Assembly: GCA_964016885.1 (NCBI GenBank)
Contig: OZ024743.1
Span: 364,126,001-364,190,000 of the forward strand
DNA: 64,000 nucleotides
Reading direction: 5' to 3'
Origin: Eledone cirrhosa
Taxonomy: Eukaryota
The notes under the pieces were generated by a model. It saw only the letters and a program-made list of their open reading frames with translations. It did no database searches and was not told the DNA's origin. Of this stretch, positions 49,660 to 64,000 are shown one piece after another (the stretch's first letter is position 1; each line of letters opens with the position of its first letter). Both the position numbers and the translations under genes were made by a program.

Positions 49660-50420
49660 TACGTATAGCACGGAGCATATGTGCATAAACACACATGCAC
49701 TGTGTTGCATTATGACAGTATTGTATTAGCTCAATGTACAAGAACAGAGCCGTTATATGTAAAAGAAACGAAAGAACGCTTACATACTCAAACAATTTAT
49801 ATTTGCTAACAATGTTTCATCCATACCGTTGGGTAGGAATATTCAGAGCTTAATAAACACGGTGCTGAGTATAAGCTCTACCAAGCTTAGTCACACGAAC
49901 AATCGGAATACAATAGAGGGTAATGATAGGGAGATCGGAGATGGAGAACAAGCAGAGAGTACATGTTGAGGTTGTTAAGCAGCACAGCTACATGTTAGGG
50001 CACAAGCAGATTCCACAAGATGCAGATGCAATTGATGGCACACAAAATCAAAAAATACAAGCAATGGTTAAAACGTAATAAAAAAAATAATAATAAAATA
50101 ATAATAAAAAAATAAAAGGAAGATAATATAAAGAGATAAAAAGTAAATAAAATAATTAAAAAATTTTTTTTTAATTTTAAAAAGAAAGAAATGAAAACAG
50201 AAAGAAGAAAAAAGTTTTAAGCACATAAAGAGGCCAGAGGAATTTAAGCGTTGGTCCCTAATAAAACGAGTGAATAGGATCTCCGTAACTTATAGTTATA
50301 TAAGCACTAAGAGGTTCTTAAGGTACATCCAGAAAGACCACAGTAATCAAAATCCCTGCCATGTTATACATCTACAAGGTATACTGGTAGGTACATGTAT
50401 ATATATACAAATATATATAT

Positions 50421-50457
<37 letters not shown>

Positions 50458-50612
50458 AATATAATACAAAATTTAGTACAGCATCAACGAAGCTCTGGTT
50501 GCACCAAGCTAACGAATGCAGTCTTGGCGTGCAGCTAAGCACTCAATAGGGTATAAAACCCTAGATTTATAACATTACGTTGAAGACAGCGACCGATAGA
50601 CGGGCCGCAGTG

Positions 50613-50620
<8 letters not shown>
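49660..50620 (-). mobile_element. Non-coding PLE-like 3' region with degenerate HHR at 49805-49849
   Basis: gct CTGAATA ttcctacc caac ggtatgga t GAAA CATTG TT agc. Confidence 0.5.
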
Positions 50621-50667
<47 letters not shown>

Positions 50668-50679
50668 AATATATATACT

Positions 50680-51150
50680 TTGACTTTCATTTAACTTTGA
50701 TAGGTTTCGGCCAGTATTGGCCTAGGCCATGTCTAACTTAATAGCACCACCTGGCAAAGTCTTACAAATCAGTGTTTGGGCACTATGGCCCACTCGAGCA
50801 GAGAGTTATTGTTTACGGAGGCATATCCGGGTGTAGGAGGCTTATCCGGGATTTCTTGAAGGAATTTATCCAAAGACTTCTTGAACTTGATGGGGTCTCT
50901 CTCTGCTTTGATTTGTTTTGGTGTAATGTTAAAGAGTGCAGGGCCAATTGAGGTGAAATAATTGTGCCCTATTGTTGTTACGTGATGCGAGTGGGATTTT
51001 TGTCGTGGGCGGATAGCACGGAGCCCAAGCATTGCGTGTACACTAAAGGTGATGCCATCATCATTTGGGCAAAGCTGATGGAATATTTTCCACATCATAC
51101 AGATAATGTAGCGCTAGCGGCGACGTTGAAGAGAACAAAGTTTGAGCTTT
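50680..51150 (-). mobile_element. CR1-type LINE 3' end
   Basis: LKLCSLQRRR*RYIICMMWKI...GPALFNITPKQIK...FKKSLDKFLQEIPDKP...NNSLLEW. Confidence 0.85.
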
Positions 51151-51180
51151 TATATATTATTGTATATATATATTTACAAT

Positions 51181-51239
<59 letters not shown>

Positions 51240-51957
51240 TAAAATATATGATAATCACGAAACGTGTTTACATTGCAACAGACAAAGTTAGCTATTAATG
51301 AAATAAACTAATTAAAGTGAATACAAATTGTCTGTCTCGATATAAGTCAATAAAGACAAGCTTATATTGGCAACGGCCATGATTCCTGGACAGATTTAAA
51401 TTTCAAAATCCAAACCCGTTCCGTAGACGAATTTGAACCTCGAAACCTAAATCCGTTTCGCAACGGTGGTACGTGAATTGAAAAATAAAGAGAACCGAAA
51501 TGGAATAGAAATAAAAAGTGAATATCCAAATCTTCTGTGCTTATCAACAGGAATCCAGTAAAATTAGTACATCTCACATCAAAAATTTTGCAGGTCTGAC
51601 TACACGTGTGTAGCCAGGCCAAACTAGCCGTCTCGCATTCACGGTGCTAGAAATAACAGCCGTTTATGCGGGATTAAAGATCAGCTCTACAGAAAAGGAG
51701 CAATATACTATATTATATTTTGAGAATAAACTCTCAGTCGTTTACAATAATTAAGCTCCAGGAAAAGGGGCTTTTCCGAGCAGTTAAATACAGTTAATTA
51801 GTTTATTTCATTAATAGCTAACTTTGTCTGTTGCAATGTAAACACGTTTCGTGTTTATCATATATTTTTATGTATTTAACTGCTCGGAAAAGCCCCTTTT
51901 CCTGGAGCTTAATTATTGTAAACGACTGAGATTTATTCTCAAAATATAATATAGTAT
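51240..51957. repeat. Element with two interleaved inverted repeats
   Basis: 51240-51315 pairs with 51795-51870, and 51703-51792 pairs with 51871-51957. Confidence 0.8.
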
Positions 51958-53571
<1,614 letters not shown>

Positions 53572-53769
53572 ATGCATGTATGTATGTAGCAATATCCTTA
53601 GGTATGGAAAAGGGACAAAGTAAACAGTGCTCGATCTAGAAGACGCCAGAAATACATTATTTACTTATGTTTATAGACGGAACAAAATCGATATCTAATA
53701 GTTTTTCCTGGTACCATATATATATGTATAAATATATATACATATATATAATTGATGTGGAATGCTTAA

Positions 53770-54159
<390 letters not shown>

Positions 54160-54349
54160 TCAAAAATAGAAATAATAGATCATAAATTCAAAGATTCTAA
54201 GTCAAGGCAAATCTATAGGTTAATTCAGATCGAATCTAATTCTTATTCTGTAAATAAGCTTAGGGTTGCCTTAGTTAGATAAAACAGTTTGTAAGGAATA
54301 AATAATGTTGATTTTATTCTCCTTCATAATTTTCTTTTTATGTATATAA

Positions 54350-54401
<52 letters not shown>

Positions 54402-54439
54402 CTGCGTGTGTCTGTGTGTATGCGTATGTATATATATAC

Positions 54440-54908
54440 ACAGATAAATCTACCAATCAATGGTAGGGTCTAAACCGTATGAAGAACTCAATGTAATCCG
54501 TATGTAGAAGTGGTCGTGAAGCAAAGTTTAAAATACAAAATTTTCAACGATATAATTCATTGGATACAGAGTCAAAAATAAAAATATTAAAACAATGAAA
54601 TTAAACACAAAACGGTTAATTCATAGTAAAACTCATTATTTTACGATCGTTTCTGGGGGGGGGGGGTAGTTCCCCGTATGTCCATGCAATTATTGATCCA
54701 TGTAAAATATTACAAAATATCATAGTAAGAAAAAAGGAAGACGGCGGGTAGTGAAGACGTATGTATTTTTTCTTATTATGATATTTTGTAATATTTTACA
54801 TGGATCAATAATTGAATGGACATACGGGGAACTAACCCCTAGAAACGACCGTAAAATAATGAGTTTTACTATGAATTAACCGTTTTGTGTTTAATTTCAT
54901 TGTTTTAA

Positions 54909-54915
<7 letters not shown>
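54440..54915. mobile_element. Fold-back pLTR-like element (arms 54581-54735 / 54765-54912)
   Basis: Long inverted repeat containing GAAA CGATCG TA; related sequence at 55688-56060. Confidence 0.7.
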
Positions 54916-54953
<38 letters not shown>

Positions 54954-54976
54954 AAAATTATGAAGGAGAATAAAAT

Positions 54977-55004
<28 letters not shown>

Positions 55005-55007
<3 letters not shown>

Positions 55008-55200
55008 GGAACCAGTAAGACCCCGACGGCTGAGCTCAAGCCGTTTCGACGGCTAATTCTGGACTAGAATTAGCCGTCGAAACGGCTTGAGCTCAGCCGT
55101 TGGGGTCTTACTGGTTCCTATTACCCACTCTACTACCCTAAGTATTGAGTACTTTGGCGCGTTATGGTCCACCTGGTTCCTTACCACATTTCCTTCGTTA
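55005..55200 (+). mobile_element. Fold-back pLTR (116-bp hairpin plus tail), family of 35881
   Basis: Near-perfect palindrome 55005-55121 containing GAAA CGGCT...AGCCG TC. Confidence 0.8.
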
Positions 55201-55214
55201 TATATATATATATA

Positions 55215-55425
55215 TTAAAATAACAGATTAAAGTTTAAGCAAAGAATCGCTGCTTTCACCCTTATTTCAGAAGATCCCGTTAAGGGTGAAAGCAGCGATT
55301 CTTTGCTTAAACTTTAATCTGTTATTTTAATAAATATTTGCTCTGCGGTTCTTATATATCTGATATGTATTTATCCTTATCGAGCCCTCTTTGGATTTTA
55401 GTCTTCAAATTTATTATTATTACTA
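55215..55425 (+). mobile_element. Fold-back pLTR with hammerhead-like motif (55265-55311)
   Basis: 50-bp perfect arms; ttt CAGAAGA tccc gttaa gggt GAAA GCA...TGC TT aaa. Confidence 0.65.
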
Positions 55426-55446
55426 TATATATATATATATATATAA

Positions 55447-55667
55447 AAGGAACGATCGACTTTCGTCAAATCGGACCGAGGGAACAATGTTTCCGTTGGT
55501 CTTTCCAATTGCTAATACTATCTATCGGTCGCAACTCCAGGTAGAAGGAACAACGTGAAATAAAGTGTCTTGCTCAAGGACATAACGCATCGCCTGGTCC
55601 AGGAATCGAACTCACAACCTTACGATTGCGAATCCGATTCTCTAACCACTCAGCCACACGCCTTCAC
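55447..55667 (-). mobile_element. SINE family A
   Basis: Homologous to the 10830 and 38759 copies. Confidence 0.87.
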
Positions 55668-56053
55668 AATATATATATATATATATGTAGATAAATCTAC
55701 CAAGAGTTTACGGTAGTGTCCAATCCGTATGAAGAACTCAATGTATTCCGGATATCATGGAAAGAAGAGATGTAATGAAAATCCAATTTCGGTGAAAGAT
55801 AAACGGTATACAGAGTCAAGATAAAATATTAAACAAATAATGAACAAACAATTCCTTATATTAAAGAAGACGGCGTATATATGAGTTAGGTATGTATATT
55901 TAATCTTGATAATTTGTATAATTTTGTATAATTTTGTACATAGATCTGTTAAATATGCATACCAATTATAACACATATATACCCTAGAAACGATCGTTAA
56001 ATAGTGAACTTTTTTTGTTTAATATAAGGAATTGTTTGTTCATTATTTGTTTA

Positions 56054-56126
<73 letters not shown>

Positions 56127-56593
56127 CCCAGGATGAAGAAAATACTGTCTGGATGTTTGATAGTTTTCATGGTATGTTTGTATATCTTGATTTATCCTTT
56201 TAATTGAGTTATGCGTCCTGTACTATCTTTCGTCAGTATTTTCTTCATTCGGTTTCTATCCCTTGTAATTTGAACGCATATCTACATTTCTGTTCATCTC
56301 TCTTTGCTGTGTTGTAAGGCTCGGAAATTATTTTTCCTTGAGCTAATTTGACTATAATTTGATTATTGTGAGTTTTTAACTTAACATATATTTTTGATAT
56401 AATTAAGAATGCATTTCTGGGGGGTAGGGTGGGGTGGGGTGGGGCACTGTCAAATAAAACTCTCAATCTATCAGTATAGAACGTCGTCAATATTTATTTC
56501 ATATTGAAATTACTAGGTGACTTGAAATGATTCATCTTTGAAACCATCATGAACATTATCATACGCACGTGTGCACATACATATGTATATTAT

Positions 56594-56648
<55 letters not shown>

Positions 56649-56947
56649 TATATATACATATATATATATATGCATATATATATATACATATATATATATA
56701 CATATATATATGCATATATATATATACATATATATATATACATATATATATGCATATATATATATACATATATATATATACATATATATATACATATATA
56801 TATATACATATATATATATGCATATATATATATGCATATATATATATGCATATATATATATACATATATATATATACATATATATATATACATATATATA
56901 TATACATATATATATATACATATATATATATGCATATATATATATAC

Positions 56948-56994
<47 letters not shown>

Positions 56995-57014
56995 CATATA
57001 TATATATATGCATA

Positions 57015-57064
<50 letters not shown>

Positions 57065-57679
57065 CATATATATATACATATATATATACATATAAATATA
57101 TACATATATATATACATATAAATATATACATATATATATATGCACATATATTTATACATATATATATATATATACATATATATATACATATATATATGCA
57201 CATATATTTATACATATATATATATATACATATATATATACATATATATATGCACATATATTTATACATATATATATATATATATAATATATATATATAA
57301 ATATATACAGATATATAAACATATGTACATATATATATACTTATATACATACTTATTCTTACATATGTACATTATATATATATATATATACATATACATA
57401 TTTATAAATATATATATATATATATACATACATAAGTATATATACATATATAAATATATATATACATATATAAATATATATATACATCTATATATACATA
57501 TATACATATACATATACATATACATATTTATAAATATATATATATATATATACATACATAAGTATATATACATATATAAATATATATATACATCTATATA
57601 TACATATATACATATACATATATAAATATATATACATCTCTATATACATATATATATACATATATATATACATATATAC

Positions 57680-57990
57680 AATGATATTAAATATATGGAA
57701 ACTATATTTATAAAAGCATATTTATTTTCTTATATATATTTCAAGGGTACCAAGACAACATTGGTACGCTTTCATCAGATAAAATACAAAGTTTGTTTTA
57801 TAAATAGAGACGTCTTTATTTATAAAACAAACTTTGTATTTTATCTGATGAAAGCGTACCAATGTTGTCTTGGTACCCTTGAAATATATATAATAAAATA
57901 AATATGCTTTTATAAATATACTTTCCATTTATATAATATCATTGAATATTTACTCCAGTATTCTGTTGAGTGCTCTAAATCAGTTATATA
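57680..57990 (+). mobile_element. Palindromic pLTR pair with hammerhead (57839-57898 +, mirror copy -)
   Basis: ~235 bp palindrome centred on GACGTC (57809-57814); ttttat CTGATGA aagcgtaccaa...ttggtaccctt GAAA TATATA TA ataaaa. Confidence 0.85.
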
Positions 57991-58028
57991 TACATATGTA
58001 TATACATATATGTATATGTACATATATA

Positions 58029-58068
<40 letters not shown>

Positions 58069-58173
58069 CATATATATGTATATACATATATATATATATA
58101 TATATATGTATATACATATATATGTATATACATATATATATATATACATATATATGTATATACATATATATGT

Positions 58174-58221
<48 letters not shown>

Positions 58222-58351
58222 GTATATATATATATTTATACGTATATATATATGTATGTATATATATAGAGAGCGAGAGAGATATATGTATGTGTGTATT
58301 CCTTCCATATACTGTACCGTTTATGTTGTTATTTCTGTTTACCTTTTACAT

Positions 58352-58410
<59 letters not shown>

Positions 58411-58454
58411 GAGAGAGAGAGATATATATATGTATATATATATATATATATATA

Positions 58455-59277
<823 letters not shown>

Positions 59278-59332
59278 AAGAACGTTTACTTTATGGTATG
59301 CCTTTTATTACCTAGATGGTCAATATACATGC

Positions 59333-59363
<31 letters not shown>

Positions 59364-59436
59364 AGTATACATATATATATATTTATGTATACATATATTT
59401 ATATATGTAAATATATATATACGTATGTATATATAA

Positions 59437-59502
<66 letters not shown>

Positions 59503-60049
59503 ACATAGGTTCTAGGTAATTTAATTCCTGGTAATTTCACTCCTGATATTAGAAAATAATAAAATGTTGAAATTCATCAGTTTATTATTATTATCTATTA
59601 TCAGCTCAAAACATAAAACCAATACAGTATTTGTAATATAAACAAGTATATATACCGTAACTATACGAAAAGGTAAACAAACATTACTAAAAGCCTCCTT
59701 TATTAATCTAATGCATGAATGTAATCATATCAGTCAAAAATATGAATTAAAGTTTAATTATAATGAAGATAAAATAAAAAGTGCCGTAAAACATAAAAAT
59801 ATTACTAAAATCCATCTTATTTTCGGGATTATATCGCTTAATAATTATCTACAGCCGTTTGTTTATATCGGCGGGGTTTGAGGTTAGCTTTGCCTTTCAT
59901 TATCACGGGGTCGATAAAATAAAGTACCAGAAATGCACTGGGTCGATTTAATCACCCAAAAATGCTGACCTTGTGCCTAAATCAGAAACTATTATTAATA
60001 TTATTGTTGTTGTTGATGATGATTTACAGAGCCATTTAGTTAATTGAAA

Positions 60050-61520
60050 GTGTCATTTCGTCCTGAGGACAGCCGCCAGGTAGCGATGACCAACCCTATT
60101 AAAAATGTTCACTTGATCCAAGTTGGTCAGGGTCCCGTTCTTGTCAGATTCCATACTTACTCTATGATGTATTTCATTGGGTGGAGCTTGTCCTGGAGGG
60201 ATCTATTTAAGAACTGTTTGAGATGGAGCAAACTTTGATGACAAGTGCCAATTTCTTTTGAAAAATTTTGCGTTTAGCAGAGTTATAAACCGGAAGTTAT
60301 CAACGTGATCCCCCTTGTTTGGGTTCTTTCTCCTCAGCCCCACTACCCCTCGGTTCACAGAACGTGAAATTTTATGGTATAGACGTCCGCTATATATCGC
60401 CGAACAAGTCTGACATGTAAATGAAAAGCTCGTAGGGCAGACCTTCCAAATCCCTGCAGCCAGTTATTACTTCATATATTTCATAGGTTGTTATCGGTCT
60501 TTCGCATCACTGTGAGTCCGATCAGTTAGGCGAAGTGCCACTGAAAGCTGCACACAGCTGCTCAGAACTGATCAGCACGTGCCCGCCCTAGCCGACCAAA
60601 GACTGAATTGTGGATTTGTTTCCACATTGCACCACCGCCTCTAGAGTCCATTGAATGGCTTTCTCCCTTCATGTCACAGATTACACGTCATAGCTCTGAC
60701 AATGCAACCTTCGTCTTCCACGTTTAAGAATTGATCAAGGGCCAATTTCGCTGTGAGCAGGTCGGCTGCGAAGCCTTTCCTAAATGCCTCTTCTAACATT
60801 CTGACTAGCTCTCCCTCTAGTCTAGTTTTTTTTATGTCACTACTTCTTTACTAAAATTTATCGATTTTACTTTAAACGCCCGTTTAGGGGCCAACCATCA
60901 TTTATTGTCAATTGCCTCCGTCAACGAATGCTTAACCAATTCTCTAATATGGTCTCTGTAAGATTAGCGCACCATAAATGAGGCGTTCAACTTCCAGTAA
61001 CTGAGCTCGTCTTTAAAGTCAATCTAAATGGTCGACAACTTTTAATTGTGCTAACCTTATTTACTTCCCTACAGAATACCCTATTTGAATATGATCTGGA
61101 TGACCCGAAGCTGTTTAACAAAGTCCACGCCGGCACGTCCTGCCAGACAGATGAAAGTCTCTGAACTTGTGTATGAGCTTTTGCACCGTCTGCCTTGTCG
61201 GAGCAGAGACGGCCACTAGTCTGAAAGCTATTCGTTACGCTGACGACGTTCAGCATCACCAACTTAACTTCTGCGTCTAGAAAGATCGTCCGAGATCTCG
61301 GTTCCACTGACTTACCTTCAGGACCTAGGAAGATGTTCAAAAATCCAGGTCTTTCCGAAACAACACACTGACTCCGCCTCCCGATCCCGGAAGGATTTGG
61401 GATGCGTACACCTCGTAGCTACCAAAAATGGGTGTGAAAGTCTCGCTGATTCCAACCACATCGATATTCAGTGACCTGAGGTCTTTGAGCAAGTAGCCCT
61501 ACTTACAAGACGATCCAGGA
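60050..61520 (-). pseudogene. Degenerate L1/Tx1 ORF2 5' half (APE endonuclease plus start of RT)
   Basis: Minus strand: LKDLRSLNIDVVGISET, SYSNRVF (YLDRV-like), GLEGLPYELF, DNFRFITLLN, NLDQ...FNRVGHRYL. Confidence 0.78.
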
Positions 61521-61734
61521 CACAGCTGATCCGTCCTTCTGGCTAATTGTGTATGTCTCCACGGTTAGGTCTTTGTGGGTGAAGTTCCAAGTTTTTTATT
61601 TTTTTTTATTTCTATTAAAGACAGTTTGCCACTCTCGCTCTTCTCACCACAATCCATATCCAACTGTGTTACTGATGCTTTATTTTATCAACCCCGTAAA
61701 GATGAAAGGCAAATCTAACCTCGGCGGAAATAAT

Positions 61735-61945
61735 AACTGTTTCTGATTTAGACACAAGGCCAAAAATATGGAGTGTATGGGAAAGTCTATTAAATTGACC
61801 CCAGTGCATTACTGATATTTTATATTATTGACCTCGTAAGGATAAAAGGCAAAGCTAACCTCGACGGGATTTGAATTCCGAAAGTAAGTGGACGTAACTA
61901 TATGCCGCAAAGCATATTGTCCGACACTTTATCGATAATGCCAAT
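61735..61945 (-). mobile_element. SINE family B (diverged)
   Basis: Reverse complement of the family core; a further fragment lies at 61675-61730. Confidence 0.75.
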
Positions 61946-61989
61946 CATCATCATCATCGTCGTCGTCATCGTCATCATCATCATCATTA

Positions 61990-62212
61990 AGGCGGTGGAT
62001 TGGCAATATTGGTAGAGCGTCGAACAACATGCTTCGTGGCATAGAATTACGCCCCTTTACGTTCTGAGCTCAAATCTCACCGAGGTTAGCTTTGCCTTTC
62101 ATCCTTACAAGGTCGATAAAATAAAGTACCAGCAACACACTGGAGTCGATTTAATCGACTTCCCCCTCCCCCAGAATTGCTGGCTTTGTGCCTAAAGTAG
62201 AAACAATTATCG
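61990..62212 (+). mobile_element. Full-length SINE family B
   Basis: GGCGGTGGATTGGCAATATTGGTAGAGC head, core and tail. Confidence 0.85.
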
Positions 62213-62759
62213 TTATCATCATTATGGCTTATATTGGCACAATAGCAGAATTTTGTGGGGAGTAAACAGTCTATTATGTAGGTCCCAATACTTATCTGAT
62301 ACTTTAGTTAATCCATTAATCATTTAAACCATATCGAAATAATTATTTAACCATGGGCTGCTCTTTTTCCTTGTTAAACAATGTTAAAGCTAGCTCCACT
62401 CCAATACACTAACCACGAGGCATATCGACTAGTAGTTGGAGTGTTGAGATCGATTTCTGGCCCGGGCAATGAGTACCAGCAGCAGTTAGAAGTTAACCTC
62501 ACAATCGACTGGTGTCCCGTTCATAGAGAAGGTTTATACACTTAGTTGCTTCATGCCTCATGAAGAGACGACCTGATGAGCCTTTAGGCTTGAAACAAAT
62601 TTTGACATTTAACTCCAGATCAACTCTGCTCGAGCAAATCTAAGATCAAAGACGCTTTAATCATGTCAACTTCATCCTTCCCTCCGCTTTCCAGTATCTA
62701 GCATCACATTATCCATTGCTACTATCCTACGTTTTTATGGCGGCGGTGTGTAATTTGCA

Positions 62760-63780
62760 CTAACTCTTGAGCCACTACTGAATAAGTTAGAGGCGCTGAG
62801 AAGCATCCCCCGCGAACTAGGACGCATCACTGTAGCGGTGTCGTGCCCCAATCTTATCGAGTTGATCGGCACTGTTCTAAGGGAATACGAGATGGTGTCG
62901 AGAGCAAGAGTTAACCATCAAATGTCAGTGAACCTGTGGCTCGGCACCTGGAGAGGCTGGTCCAAACCATCCAACAGCGTCGTTCGGCGCTAGATGGATG
63001 GGCCGGCTAAGCTGCTTGGAATCTGGTTTGGTCCAGATCTCCAAGTGGACAAAAACTGGGATGAAGTAACGAGCAGGATGGTAACTTTCATCCAGAAATG
63101 AGCTGAGACGGAGCTGTCACTGAAAGGTTGGTCAGAGATGCCGAATGCGTATATTGCTTCCACCATCTACTACTACATGACCGTCATACCTTGTGCTGAT
63201 GCGCGCCTGACTGCATTAGACCACCAACTCTTTCACTTTTTCTGGAAGGGGCGGTTCCAAAGGTCAGGTAGTCCAACTGCTGCCAACACCCGCTGCGTAG
63301 AAGGCTGGGCTTTCCGTGACTGATGATGCGCAGGTACGCGCTGAAACTGCAGTACCTGCAGTGTTTGCTTGCCGGTGAACAGCACGTGTTTCCCCAGCTC
63401 GCTTCACTTGAAAAGAAAAGTGGGAGTGGGGAGGGATGTACTGCCTTCCAGCTAATTTGTTAAAGGTGGATGAAAGTGACAAGCATGGTCCGAATGAAGG
63501 AGCCTGCTCTGAGTATGCACCTGTAGACTGGCGGAGTACACCTGGGAGAAGGCACTTAGCTTAGTGGTCAGAGTAGCCATGATTTGTTTTATATTCTTCC
63601 ATGAGTAGTCTTCGGAAGTCTGCCCCCTTATTTAGGAATTTTCCTTTATTTATTTTATTGTTACCTATTTCGTTTTTATTTTCGTTATTTCCCTTTTTAC
63701 ACATTTTCACATAAACCAACATTGTGTTGTTCTGTCCCGTCCTCGGTTTTTATGTAAAGCCTTGTAGTTAATAAAGAAAT
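62760..63780 (+). mobile_element. Degenerate, internally deleted L1/Tx1 3' half
   Basis: LTLEPLLNKLE, KLLGIWFGPDLQVDKNWDEV, LFHFFWKG; 3' end (GGTCCGAATGAAGG...TAATAAAGAAA) homologous to 33160-33440. Confidence 0.8.
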
Positions 63781-64000
63781 CATGATTCTTTTCAGTAGTC
63801 CTGTTTTTATTGCGTGCTTTCAGTACACAATTGAGCGCAACTTGCAGTCTGTGTGCAAGGGCTTAGTAATGCTATTTTCGGTATAGTGGATTATTTTAAA
63901 GTCTTGAGGTTTTTGGTTATGTATTAATCTTAATGTTTTCTTATTATTTCTACAACACCTATTATCATAGGGACTGTTTCTCTTTCCCCCAGATTCAGGT

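Noticed and set aside
56134-56490. 15-bp inverted repeat, a CTGACGA motif and an 81-aa ORF (56245..56490)
   Set aside because: No convincing HHR stems; the peptide only vaguely suggests a retroelement C-terminus.
62572-62600. CTGATGA-GCCTTTAGGC-TTGAAA hammerhead-like motif
   Set aside because: No stem III or stem I closure; it lies in what looks like the tail of an old SINE (62460-62600).

Overview
This is AT-rich eukaryotic DNA with no recognisable host gene, most consistent with an octopod cephalopod. That assignment is an inference from the SINE and LINE families and the very large (TA)n tracts. About half the window is degenerate (TA)n or compound microsatellite, which accounts for nearly all the IY/HI/CV-repeat ORFs in the track, and there is one 200-N gap. 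The rest is transposon debris inserted into the TA tracts. It comprises four partly coding Penelope-like elements (PLEs: one GC-rich Neptune-like and three Naiad-like RT/GIY-YIG relics), an RTE LINE, four L1/Tx1 fragments, CR1-type 3' ends, two tRNA-derived SINE families and a mariner-type MITE. The main hidden structure is about 20 type I hammerhead ribozyme (HHR) motifs from 10 or more sequence families at PLE pseudo-LTR (pLTR) ends. Several features of these stand out. A non-canonical CCGAUGA core recurs in three unrelated families. Some HHRs carry 60-80 nt stem II inserts. Many fold-back palindromes have their symmetry axis in or beside the ribozyme stems. A TYGAGTRC motif is shared downstream of several ribozymes. 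One Naiad-like element has TGA at a conserved Cys of its CxCx5C motif, a possible selenocysteine relic. Coordinates were read by eye and element boundaries are approximate; no folding or database search was run.
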